In this document: one piece after another, positions 51,670-63,700 of the stretch
Numbering within the stretch: the first letter of the stretch is position 1
How the letters are laid out: each line of letters starts with the position of its first letter
NCBI RefSeq assembly: GCF_003918875.1
Contig: NW_025767168.1
Span: forward strand, 806,001-870,000
From: Haliotis rubra
Taxonomy: Eukaryota
Direction: 5' to 3'
Length of the DNA stretch: 64,000 bases
The notes under the pieces: model-generated
The model's input: only the letters and a program-made list of their open reading frames with translations
Told to the model about the DNA's origin: nothing
Databases searched by the model: none
Position numbers and translations under genes: made by a program

Positions 51670-54600
51670 GATACTGTGTGGTGGATGATATGCTGATGTT
51701 TGTTGTATTGGATACTGTGTGGTGGATGATATGCTGGTGGTTGTATTGGATACAGTGATGGATGATATGCTGGTGGTTGTATTGGATACTGTGATGGATG
51801 ATATGCTGGTGGTTGTATTGGATACCGTGATTGATGATATGCTGGTGGTAGTTGTATTGGATACTGTGATGGATGATATGCTGGTGGTAGTTGTATTGGA
51901 TACTGTGATGGATGATATGCTGGTGGTAGTTGTATTGGATACTGTGATGGATGATATGCTGGTGGTAGTTGTATTGATACTGTGATGGATGATATGCTGG
52001 TGGTAGTTGTATTGGATACTGTGATGGATGATATGCTGGTGGTTGTTGTATTGATACTGTGATGGATGATATGCTGGTGGTTGTATTGGATACTGTGATG
52101 GATGATATGCTGGATACCGGATGGATGATATGGATTGGATACTGTGATGGATGATATGCTGGTGGTAGTTGTATTGGATACTGTGATGGATGATATGCTG
52201 GTGGTAGTTGTATTGGATACTGTGATGGATGATATGCTGGTGGTAGTTGTATTGGATACTGTGATGGATGATATGCTGGTGGTAGTTGTATTGAATACTG
52301 TGATGGATGATATGCTGGTGGTTTGTATTGAATACTGTGATGGATGATATGCTGGTGGTTGTTGTATTGATACTGTGATGGATGATATGCTGGTGGTTGT
52401 ATTGGATACTGTGATAGATGATATGCTGGTGGTTGTATTGGATACTGTGATGGATGATATGCTGGTGGTGGTTGTATTGATACCGTGATGGATGATATGA
52501 TATTGTTGATATTGGATATGATGGTGGTATGTAAGTGGTTGTATTGAATACTGTGATGGATGATATGCTGGTGGTTGTATTGAATACCGTGATGGATGAT
52601 ATGCTGGTGGTTGTATTGGATACTGTGATGGATGATATGCTGGTGGTTGTATTGAATACTGTGATGGATGATATGCTGGTGGTTGTATTGGATACTGTGA
52701 TGGATGATATGCTGGTGGTTGTATTGGATACTGTGATGGATGATATGCTGGTGGTTGTATTGGATACTGTGATGGATGATATGCTGGTGGTTGTATTGGA
52801 TTGTATTGGATGGATGATATGCTGATTGGATACTGTGATGCTGGTGGTTGTTGTATTGGATACTGTGATGGATGATATGCTGGTGGTTGTTGTATTGATA
52901 CTGTGATGGATGATATGCTGGTGGTTGTTGTATTGGATACTGTGATGGTGGATGATATGCTGGTGGTTGTTGTATTGGATACCGTGATGGATGATATGCT
53001 GTGATGGTGGTTGTGGTTGTATTGACTGTGATGGATGATATGCTGATGGTTGTATTGATACCGTGATGGATGATATGCTGGTGGTTGTATTGATACTGAT
53101 GGATGGATGATATGGTTGTATTGATACCGTGTACTGTGATGGATGATATGCTGGTGGTTGTATTGGATACTGTGATGGATGATATGCTGGTGGTTGTATT
53201 GGATACTGTGATGGATGATATGCTGGTGGTTGTATTGGATACTGTGATGGATGATATGCTGGTGGTTGTTGTATTGGATACTGTGATGGATGATATGCTG
53301 GTGGTTGTATTGGATATTGAATACTGTGATGGATGATATGCTGGTGGTTGTATTGAATACCGTGATGGATGATATTGCTACTGTGGTTGATATGCTGGTG
53401 GTTGTATTGGATACTGTGATGGATGATATGCTGGTGGTTGTATTGGATACTGTGATGGATGATATGCTGGTGGTTGTATTGGATACTGTGATGGATGATA
53501 TGCTGATGGTTGTATTGGATACTGTGATGGATGATATGCTGGTGGTTGTATTGGATACTGTGATGGATGATATGCTGGTGGTTGTATTGGATACTGTGTG
53601 ATGGATGATATGCTGGTGGTTGTATTGGATACTGTGATGGATGATATGCTGGTGGTTGTATTGGATACTGTGTGGTGGATGATATGCTGGTGGTTGTTGT
53701 ATTGGATACTGTGATGGATGATATGCTGGTGGTTGTTGTATTGGATACTGTGATGGATGGTATGCTGGTGGTTGTATTGATACTGTGATGGATGATATGC
53801 TGGTGGTTGTATTGATACTGTGATGGATGATATGTTGGTGGTTGTATTGGATACTGTGGGATGGATGATATGCTGGTGGTTGTGTTGGATACTACCGTGA
53901 TGGATGATATGCTGGTGGTTGTATTGGATACTGTGATGGATGATATGCTGGTGGTTGTATTGATACTGTGATGGATGATATGCTGGTGGTTGTATTGGAT
54001 ACTGTGTGGTGGATGATTGGATACTGTGTGGTGGATGGATTGCTGGTGGTTGTATTGGATACTGTGATGGATGATATGCTGGTGGTTGTTGTATTGAATA
54101 CTGTGATGGATGATAAGCTGGTGGTTGGATATTGATGGATACTATGTGGTGGTTGTGGATACTGATGGATGCTGATGTGGTATGCTGTTGTATTGGATAC
54201 TGTGATGGATGATATGCTGGTGGTTGTATTGGATACTGTGATGGATGATATGGATGATGGTGGTTGTATTGGATACTGTGATGGATGATATGCTGGTGGT
54301 TGTATTGGATACTGTGATGGATGATATGCTGGTGGTTGTATTGGTTGTATTGGACTGTGATGGATGGATGATATACTGCTGGTGGTTGTTTGTATTGGAT
54401 ACCGTGATGGATGATATACTGGTGGTTGTATGTATTGGATACTGTGATGGATGGTATGCTGGTGGTTGTATTGGATACTGTGATGGATGATATGCTGGTG
54501 GTTTGTATTGGATACTGTGATGGATGATATGCTGGTGGTTGTGTTGGATACTGTGATGGATGCTGCTGGTGGTTGTTTTGGATACTGTGATGGATGATAT

Positions 54601-55224
54601 GCTGGGTTGTATTGTATTGTATTGGATACTATGCTGGTGGTTGTATTGGATACTGAGATGGATTATATGCTGGTGGTTGTATTGGATACTCTGATGGATG
54701 ATATGCTGGTGGTTGTATTGGATACTGTGTGGTGGATGGTATGCTGATGGTTGTATTGGATACTGTGATGGATGGTATGCTGGTGGTTGTATTGGATACT
54801 GTGATGGATGATATGCTGATGGTTGTATTGGATACTGTGATGGATGATATGCTGGTGGTTGTATTGGATACTGTGATGGATGGTATGCTGGTGGTTGTAT
54901 TGGATACTGATGGATGGTAAGCTGATGGTTGTATTGGATACTGTGGTGGATGATATGCTGGTGGTTGTATTGGATACTGTGATGGATGATATGCTGGTGG
55001 TTGTATTGGATACTGTGATGGATGATATGCTGATGGTTGTATTGGATACTGTGATGGATGATATGCTGGTGGTTGTATTGGATACTGTGATGGATGATAT
55101 GCTGGTGGTTGTATTGGATACTGAGATGGATGGTATGCTGATGGTTGTATTGGATACTGAGATGGATGGTAAGCTGATGGTTGTATTGGATACTGTGATG
55201 GATGATATGCTGGTGGTTGTATTG
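51670..55224. repeat. 36-bp (39-bp variant) G/T-rich minisatellite, ~3.5 kb (ggatactgtgatggatgatatgctggtggttgtatt)n
   Basis: Direct reading; yields spurious DTVMDDMLVVVL ORFs. Confidence 0.98.
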
Positions 55225-55228
55225 TCAG

Positions 55229-55385
55229 GCGGAAGTGAGCCAGCTGGAAGGGTCCCTCCAGGAGTCTGAGCAGCCCATGTTCCCTCCATACGTGATCACT
55301 GAAACCTCCACCCTGTGCTCCTCACTCCCCCTCGTCAAGCAGCTCATCGTCAGTGCCAGGGGCATCATGGTCATCCCCCTCTCAG
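55229..55385 (+). CDS. SMG5: SMG5 coding exon, start of PIN domain (AEVSQLEGSLQ..PYVITETSTLC..MVIPLS)
   Basis: attgtcag| acceptor, G|gtaagt donor; conserved EVSQLEGSLQ. Confidence 0.95.
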
Positions 55386-55877
55386 GTAAGTCCAGGACCT
55401 GTTAGCCAGCCTGCTGCCCTTTGCTAGGATCCATACTTTGAATATGCTGTTTTGTGAGTTAAATGTTTACAGTTGTATGGCATCGTTGTGTTCTATGTTT
55501 GATCGTACTTTGTATACAAGAGCAGCTAACCACAATCTTCAGCTAGATCTGTACACTGACACTCGATTAACTTTCACACTTAAAACAGGCATGGTGAGTC
55601 CTAGTCTGTTGTACAGACTCTGAAACAAATATACCCAGTGTTGCCCATGCAAGTTAGATTTCCACAGTTTTAGGCTGAAAATGATGAAAGTCTCTGGGCT
55701 CCTTTTCATTGAATTTTATTTTAATTTTAAAACCTTTTTTTCTGTTAAAATATGTTTATTTAAGAGACTAGCTGTTAGTCTAGGTGAGTCCATGTATTGA
55801 TATATATGGTGACAGGCTGTCTTATATAGCATCATTAGTCTTTCTAGGAATTACTGTTATAAGTCCTGGTGTTTCAG

Positions 55878-55968
55878 TTATTGACAGTTTGGACTTCATG
55901 AAAAAAGAGAGTTCTGGAGCCCGGGAGGCAATTCGATGGTTGGAGAATGAGTTCAGGAAGGGGAACAG
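55878..55968 (+). CDS. SMG5: SMG5 PIN exon (VIDSLDFMKKESSGAREAIRWLENEFRKGNR)
   Basis: gtttcag| acceptor, AG|gtatgt donor; strong conservation. Confidence 0.96.
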
Positions 55969-56395
55969 GTATGTCAGGAGGTGTAATTCATGGAGGACTA
56001 TCATCAGCTCTCCTGTTTACAAATGATTGGATGTTGAAGAGGCATAGAAGCTTGTCAAAAGATGCAAATATATTTCTTCAGGGGTCAGACTCGATCACTT
56101 GGTTTGTTGTATGTCATGACATCCCAGTTGCATGGATTAATGCACATGATGTAAATCACTGGACACTGCAATATACTACATCTCTCTCACAGTCTCCTAA
56201 CCACATTATTTTCCCTTGTACCCGCCCATTTTGCAATGCTAAAGCCCTGAATGAAGCAAGTCTAGATTTCCCAAGGTTCAGTTTCTGAATCTGTTTCTGT
56301 CAAACCTATTTATTCAGAGTCAGTCAGTCACTCATTTTGAATCAAAAGTTTGCCTACTGTTGTCTCATGTGACAGTAATTGTCCCTGGTTTGTAG

Positions 56396-56476
56396 GTACA
56401 TCCGTGCCCAGAAGAGCAATGAAACACTCCCAGGCAACAACCAAAGGATGCTAAAGAAGAGGAACCGAGATCAGTG
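56396..56476 (+). CDS. SMG5: SMG5 PIN exon (YIRAQKSNETLPGNNQRMLKKRNRDQW)
   Basis: ttgtag| acceptor, TG|gtagga donor; phases 2/2. Confidence 0.93.
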
Positions 56477-56892
56477 GTAGGAAGACTGACATCTCCATTT
56501 CTATATATCCTCTTTGACTGAGTGTTAGCAGTAGTGTGTATATATTGTCTACAGATCAGTCTTCTTTACTCTTTGAGTGCCAAAATAACTGATGAAATAT
56601 TTTCTGTTGGAGAACTGGAGCTGTAAAAACTCAATCAATGACATGTCTAAACATGGAAAGAAATGGTTCTTTAGCAGATAGATGACAGGGATCAAATTGT
56701 GCTTAATGTACATATCAGGGCATGACAAATATTGAAATGGCATGGGTGAAGTATTTTCAATGTGTATTTCACAACTAGAATTATAAAAATAATGCACACC
56801 ATGATTGATTTCATGGAAAATGTGATATATTTGTCCGTCTGAAATGATTTTAAAACTATTTTTTGCAACCAATCAATCTGTGTATTGGCGAC

Positions 56893-57069
56893 GGGCGGTT
56901 GGGGTAGCCTAGTGGTTAAAGCGTTGGCCCGTCACGCCGAAGGCCCGGGTTCGATTCCCCACATGGGCACAATGTGTTAAGCCCATTTCTGGTGTCCCCT
57001 GCCATGATATTGCTGGAATATTGCTAAAAGCGGCGTAAAACTAAACTCAGTCAGTCAGTCAGTCAGTCA
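56893..57069 (+). mobile_element. SINE family A, full length
   Basis: TSD gtgtattggcgac (56880-56892, 57070-57082). Confidence 0.93.
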
Positions 57070-57533
57070 GTGTATTGGCGACACTCCCAAACTCACAGTT
57101 TAGCATGGGAGCGGCCATTTTGAATGCCAGTGTGCATAACAGGAAATCCCAGTTTGGACGACATCAAAGTTTTGGGTTGGTTAATGGGTGCAGGACAAAT
57201 GGAACTATTCTAGCTGTCTTGATAGAGCTATCATGTTAACAGGTTTACATGATGTTTTCTGATTTATTGAACAACAAATTGAAATGACATAATTGTTGTG
57301 ATGTTTTAAGTTTAATTGGATCATCAAAAGGTATGGGCATTTATTTTCACAAAGGCACACTTGAATTATCTGTCTGGTGCCTTATGGCACCCTTTGAAAA
57401 CAAAATCTGTCCTGTATCGGGTGATATGATTGGGGACTGCGACTCTGGTTGCCACACTGTTTCGACATCTTACTCTTGGGAACAGGTAGATGTGCTGGTG
57501 TGGCTAGTGTTCTTTCCAGGCTGCTCTATAAAG

Positions 57534-57810
57534 ACCCTTGAAGATCCGGGAGAAGAGTAGGTCTTCAGCAACCCATGCTTGGCACAAAAGGCGACTATGC
57601 TTGTCGTAAGAGGCGACTAACGGGATCGGGTGGTCAGGCTCGCTGACTTGGTTGACACATGTCATCGGTTCCCAATTGTGCAGATCGTAGCTCATGCTGT
57701 TGATTACTGGATTGTCTGGTCCAGACTCGATTATTAACAGACCGCCGCCATATAACTGGAATATTGCTGAGTGCGGCGTAAAACTAAACTCACTCACTCA
57801 CTCACTCACT
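57534..57810 (+). mobile_element. Family B copy with duplicated internal hairpin motif
   Basis: atgcttggcacaaaaggcgact followed by atgcttgtcgtaagaggcgact; (ACTC)n tail. Confidence 0.88.
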
Positions 57811-57980
57811 CCACAAAGCTGCCTTAGTGCTATAATGTTCAGGTGGAGGAGTTGAAGTCATCTTAGATTTGTGGAATGGGGCACAGGCCTTTGTGGTGTA
57901 GAGATTTGAGATATATCTGTTTTTAGGTCACAAGTCCAATTATTCAGTGTGTTATGAGGGCTGAATATAATTTGTTGCAG

Positions 57981-58138
57981 GTGTTTGAGTGAGATACTGA
58001 GTTGTTCTCGGTACCTGGCACAGCAGAGTGGGAACTTCAGCTCTGGCAGTGTGGTGGCCATTTTGACTGACCACCAGCTGGACACAGAACAGACGCTCCC
58101 TGCAATCAGACACGCCATCGCAGCCAGCCAGCAAGAAG
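57981..58138 (+). CDS. SMG5: SMG5 PIN exon (CLSEILSCSRYLAQQ..VVAILTD..AIAASQQE)
   Basis: ttgttgcag| acceptor, G|gtatgt donor; phases 2/1. Confidence 0.92.
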
Positions 58139-58397
58139 GTATGTCTTCCTTATGTCAGATCATTTGGTTTTATCATATGGCAAAACTGCAAAAGTAGCGG
58201 CCATGAAATAGTGGAGATCTGTGATTTAAGCCAGATCTGTGATTTATACAATAACAGATGCCTTGTCCATATGACCAAAACATCATCAGCTAGTCCATAT
58301 GTTTAGGCATCAGTAGGATATCGTCAAGTCATGCTACATACCGTACTCTCCCATCAATAGAGGGCAAGTCCAGAGCCACACATTTGTGTACCAAGAC

Positions 58398-58810
58398 TTA
58401 TTATCCCCCGCAACGCGTTTTGCGGGGTATTAAAATGGACTCCGTCCGTGCGTGCGTCCGTCCGTCCGTCCGTCCATGCACATTTGTCTTTCCGGAGCAG
58501 AACTCTAAAACTGTTCACTATTTCTTCACCAAACTTGGCACATAGATAGATCTGGTGGTGTACTGGTGCCTTTTGGTAGTTTTGGAATTCTGAATAAAAT
58601 ATTTTTGGCATTTCCATGGCAACAAGTTTAACTTAGACTGAAATTAGTGGTAGTGCTCTTTTCCGGAGCAGAACTCTAAAACCGTTTCAATACTCTCCTT
58701 CCACTTTTCTATATACACACCTAAATATTTGACATAATCATAACTCGTAGACATAATCATGAAGAGTATTTTGCCATTGGGGGGGATATTGATGACTTTG
58801 TCTTCTTGTT
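58398..58810 (+). mobile_element. Second HINE/Helentron-like non-autonomous element
   Basis: subTIR tatccccc / gggggata, 5' stem-loop, (GTCC)n, repeated ttccggagcagaactctaaaac, short 3' hairpin, T-rich ends. Confidence 0.82.
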
Positions 58811-59130
58811 TTCCAAATTAAGGATAGAGACTCAAGAGGAAAGTCATTAAAGACGTTACACATATTTGGGGAGGAGCATGAAAAGATACATTATACAATA
58901 TAAAGTGCTTTTCCATTTTGTCTTTCCATGGAGGATCTTGAAAATAATGTACAAGGAAATTGGGCATGTTGAACAATATGACAAGCATCATGGGAGGGTC
59001 ATTATTTTCCCCACCCTGTAATATATTACAGATTGCAACATTTCTGGTACTCAGTACAGTATAATTGTCGATTATGTTGATCTTTGAAACACTATCTATA
59101 CCAATACCCATATTATGTTTCTGTTTCCAG

Positions 59131-59198
59131 GTGTAAGCATTGAGAACATTGTTGACTTTGCCTCCCGCTGGAAGGATGTCTGTAAGAGCAAAGGTTGA
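59131..59198 (+). CDS. SMG5: SMG5 terminal coding exon (VSIENIVDFASRWKDVCKSKG*)
   Basis: tttccag| acceptor; matches the SMG5 C-terminus V.I.N..DF...WK; TGA at 59196-59198. Confidence 0.93.
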
Positions 59199-59231
59199 GA
59201 CTACCACACCAGATCAGGGACTGATCTTCAC

Positions 59232-59237
59232 AATAAA
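59232..59237 (+). promoter_or_regulatory. Candidate proximal polyadenylation signal AATAAA
   Basis: First AATAAA, 33 nt after the stop; usage unproven and more distal AATAAA sites exist. Confidence 0.3.
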
Positions 59238-60393
59238 TGCAAAGGAATCCAGACATGTACTATCCAGATAGTATCTGGGACAGCCTATCTCAGAGTCGGG
59301 TAACCTTAGCAGTCTGATGCCAGACAGTCATCAGGTCTTCTGATGGTATGGAAGACTCTTCAGAGTCATCAGCCTCTCTTGTACCGGTGGAAGTCTGCGT
59401 ACAGAATAGGATTCTCATTCAACACAGGATTCTAATATTTGAGAAATATTGAACGGATTTTTGTGGAAATCTTTTCTATTTCTCAACAGAGGCCGTAAAA
59501 TATAGGTGCAGATTCATTCAGTGATCATTAAGGTTAGATGAGGAGATTGCTTCTCAGTGATGGAGGCGATCTGATTGAAGATGCTTGCCTATGGAATCCA
59601 GTAATATTCCTTTGATAAAGGACGATTGGAGACTGTGACTTGGTGGCCAAGTTCGTAATGGAAAGTTACTTTGCTGACTTGCAAATGTGACTCAATTAGT
59701 GCTGCATGGCAATTTGTAATATAATCAGAAATGTTTGTGACAAGTTGACATGGTGTCAGTTTCTTGCTTTTATCTTATTTTATGAGCTATTGATGTTGTT
59801 TCCCTTGTTTAATTCATCACTGGAACCTTCTGATGTTTGTGATGTATAGAAGCAAGGGACACAATACATCTGCTAATTATTTTACATGGTGATATATGTT
59901 CTCCAATCCATGTTTAGAAAGCCGCTCCCAGAACCCTGCCCCACCCTTTCTCCTGTCCAATTGCCGCCGTTTTAATATGGCTGTCCACCTGCCCCAGCTG
60001 CGTACAAACAACAGTTTTGTACCAGTCCTACCCGTTCGACCGTCACAGTGTGCCAGCTGCCACAAAACTGTCCCCATTCAAGTTCCTAGAAGTTTGGAAT
60101 AGTTCTACCCATGTCACCCAAGTGCCCCATTCCCATCCTCCCCATTCCCAACAGGTGGTAATGTTTCCCCAGCTATACCATCTCCTTGCCTGCTGTCTCA
60201 TACTCGGCACCCATCATCCAGGACTACAGATTCACACTGCAATCAGACTCTACCTTCAAAATGACCATCACCTCACTGAACCCAGTGTGCACTCCCGTCA
60301 TAACCCTCACCCCAGGTTAAACATGTCCTCAACCAAAACCTCACTGTTGTGTCCCTATCACCACTGATGCCTGCCTGTTTGTCCTATCTCCCC

Positions 60394-60782
60394 CACACAC
60401 ACACACACACAAGCCTGACTTCTGTGTCCCTATCTACCCCACAAGTCTGACTTCTATGTCCCCATCCACCCACAAGCCTGACTTCCTTGTCCCCATCCAC
60501 CCATAAGTCTGACTTCTATGTCCCTATCTACCCACAAGTCTGACTTCTGTGTCCCCATCCAGCCACAAGTCTGACTTCTATGTCCCCATCCACCCACAAG
60601 CCTGACTTCCTTGTCCCCATCAACCCACAAGTCTGACTTCCTTGTCCCCATCAACCCACAAGCCTGACTTCCTTGTCCCCATCATCCCACAAGCCTGACT
60701 TCCTTGTCCCCATCCACCCACAAGCCTGACTTCCTTGTCCCCATCCACCCACAAGCCTGACTTCTGTGTCCCCATCCACCCC
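60394..60782. repeat. (CA)n followed by a 31-bp minisatellite, ~12 copies (cacaagcctgacttccttgtccccatccacc)
   Basis: Direct reading. Confidence 0.95.
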
Positions 60783-63700
60783 AGCATCTCCCCTCCAAGG
60801 ATACTGATCCAGTCACACACATGTGTAAAGACCAATACAAACATATATATAAATACATTGTGTCTACAATGAAATTGCTCACAAACATTTGGAGGAACAT
60901 GAGAATATTTTCTTATTTTCTAAGTAAACAATTGTTGGTTCTGGACAATGTATTACTCTCTGGTGTGTGTGATTGTAGTTGATGAACCTTCTCTGATTTC
61001 ACCATATGCTGAAATAGGAAGACCTGTATGCTTTGTGTGTTACCATAATATCCATTATTTTGTAGATGAAGCAGTTTTGTGTCCTTGTTTCATAAAATGT
61101 CTTGTTACAGTTATCCCTGAACTAATATTACTTGCGAAACCATAGTTTTGACAAACAAAATAAACCAAGCTACTAGGTTATTAATCGCCCAGGCTTTCAA
61201 TATCTGAATAGATGACATATCCTTATTAATATTCAAAATACAACATCTCTTTCAATACAACTGCAGGATGCATAATGACCTCCTTTCATTATGGAAATGG
61301 CTAAAAGAAATATTTTATCTACAAAAGGTTTAACTCAAATATTAATTGGCTGTCCGTGGCATGGACTGGTCAGGACATATGATTATAAGTCAAGTGAGCC
61401 AAGGTCATAGCCTGCTTGTCCTCATCCAGCATCAGTTCCCATTGGTGGCATCTGCAGACATCTCCCGAATCCCAAAGGTTTAATGAGCTGAAACTTCACA
61501 ATCTTCATCCCACCATTGATGACACTTAAATTTGTTCAAGAGGTTTGAATCTGACTTTCAATGTGTCTGCCATTAAGTTGTGACCTTTCTTTGACCTTTG
61601 ACATCACCCTGCTCCTAAATATTTCCGTCAATCATTTGCAGGCACTGTAAACATCATCCCATCAGAAAACACTGGACCAAACAAATATCGTATTTTAGAT
61701 GCTTGTTCCAACCAATGATAAGTCCTGAATTTGTTCTTGAGGTTCCAGCCCAATTTTCAATTATGATGAAACTGAAAGAGCTCTGTATGGCAATTACAGA
61801 TTACAGTATAGCAATTAATGTTATTATTATATCAGGCCTTTGCACTTTCTCCCTACCGAAAGCTGAAACTCCATTAATTTCCCAGTGTGTGTCATTGGTA
61901 GTCTGGCTCAGCCTCCAATGCTGACATTATGAGTTTGGTCCTCGATTTGACCCTTGCACTTGGATCTTCTCCTAAATGCACTCAAAATGGTTTTCTAAGT
62001 GGTTGTCTTTTTATGTTCTAAAGTGACGACCAGATGAGCTACAGTACTTGGGCACTCTTTTTATCTTAATCTGGATAACAAATATACTTCTGTTAGTTCG
62101 TTACAAGTATCATCAAGTATTGTGTCTTGTGACAAATTTGTTTATGTAAAAAGAATGAAATCTCAAAGTTAATTTACTCTGACCTTGTCTGATTTTGAAA
62201 CACTGGATGACCATTTACACTGCCAGATGCAATATCGCACATTAAATAAATGTAAATCGTGTTTATTCATATTCCAGGTCACTTCCTCATTGAAACGCTC
62301 AGGATGAAATATCCATGGTCATGTTGACATTATTTCATACATATTAATATATAAATATATATTTCATTCTGTGGAATGTATATTTACTACTGAGAATTTG
62401 GCAACACAATACAAAGTTTCAGACAATGTTAGTGTTATGTTGAAGGTTGTTGTGAATTTATTACTTACCATGTACATACATACCTGAGTTGGTTTCTCAG
62501 CATTAGTGAATATACCAGATTGCCATGGTAATTGTTATGGAATTGGTATGTGTTTGAGAATGTTGGTTTAAAAGCAATATTATGTTTAAGGGGAAAATGC
62601 CAGCTTGTATGAAATCAGGCAATACATTACGGTTCATTTAGGATAGTCTTCATTCAACATGTCAGTTCAGTACAGGAGTAGGACCTTAACATGAAGGATA
62701 TCTGGGCAACCATGGACAGAAGTAATATTGGCCCTAAAATGTTATTTTGCCTGAAACATGCTTTCTAGACAGGCTGGCTTTGAAAACTGTATGTGTGGTT
62801 GTTTGTATGGCACTCGGCATCTAATCTCGAACAGATGAATAGTATGTATGATCCTTTCTATAAGTCGATTTTTAAATCTTGAATGTTTTCCTCTGAAGTC
62901 TCAGGTTCAATATTGATATGATATGCACAGCCTTTGATCTCCATGTCATCACAGTCCATTGGAATGTATCCTTTATCAAAGAACTTTTTCAGGTGGAACT
63001 ACACGTTTTTGACACAACAATGGCCTCAACGTATTAATATTGGTTCAGTTTATGCTTACAAAGTCAGGAACTCATTGGGAAGTTGGATTTGGGTTTTTGG
63101 TTAGGGTATTTTTATTCACCTTTCTATAAAAACAACCTATATATCCTGCAAATATAAAATGTTTATGGAGTATCTTTGCAGAGAATATACAGCTTCACAC
63201 ATTGGTAGAATCCTGTGTCACTAGAATGGAATCTTGTCACTGAAACCAACATGTCAGCATGAGTTCATTGCAGTAGCCATTTAATCCTTTTTACTGGGAT
63301 GGGAATTGGAAGATACAGATCCTTGTGACCTGCTATGATTAATTCAGTGCTATATTTGTGGAATAGAACATTACAGCTTCAAATTAACCACCAATAAAAT
63401 AATCTGTGAGTGGATGAAAATGTACTGTCCCATTGGCTATATTCTGGCACAACACAAGACGGTCGTACCATTGTAAGTGACCTTGGGATAATGGTTAAAT
63501 AAATATGTTGGATATATTGTTGGAGCAGTGCAGAATACTTTCTAAGGGTCTTGAGAAACTGAACAGTTTCTACACGAACTTGTTTCCATCAAGACACTTG
63601 TGAAAGTGGGAGACTCTGATGAGCACTGTAGGGTACCAATGGTATGGTGGTTATACAAGGATGTTTTTGTCACTAAGGCTATTGAGAGTATATTTGATTG

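Larger units (their letters stand above)
309..59198 (+). other. SMG5: SMG5 (EST1B) NMD factor gene, 3' portion: 18 coding exons in window, 5' exons upstream
   Basis: Hand-spliced exons give motifs recognised from vertebrate SMG5: CQATLHDFNLCMFY, AAIAFLLALFSHILNHV, SRLRNLRRRR..DSDLSEG, EGLLSTVKVMCDW, AQSSQSLWCRLSVLLNFLP, CLRHFGHFLA, RRNQLMRDMAQLRLQAEVSQLEGSLQ, VIDSLDFMKKESSGAREAIRWLENEFRKGNRYIRAQK, NIVDFASRWK. All introns GT-AG. Confidence 0.96.

Noticed and set aside
51719-55289. Repetitive ORFs (DTVMDDMLVVVL)n and (SNTTTSISSITV)n
   Set aside because: Translations of a 36-bp intronic minisatellite with frequent frameshifts; not in frame with the SMG5 exon
60454-60900. Minus-strand repetitive ORFs
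   Set aside because: Translations of the 31-bp minisatellite
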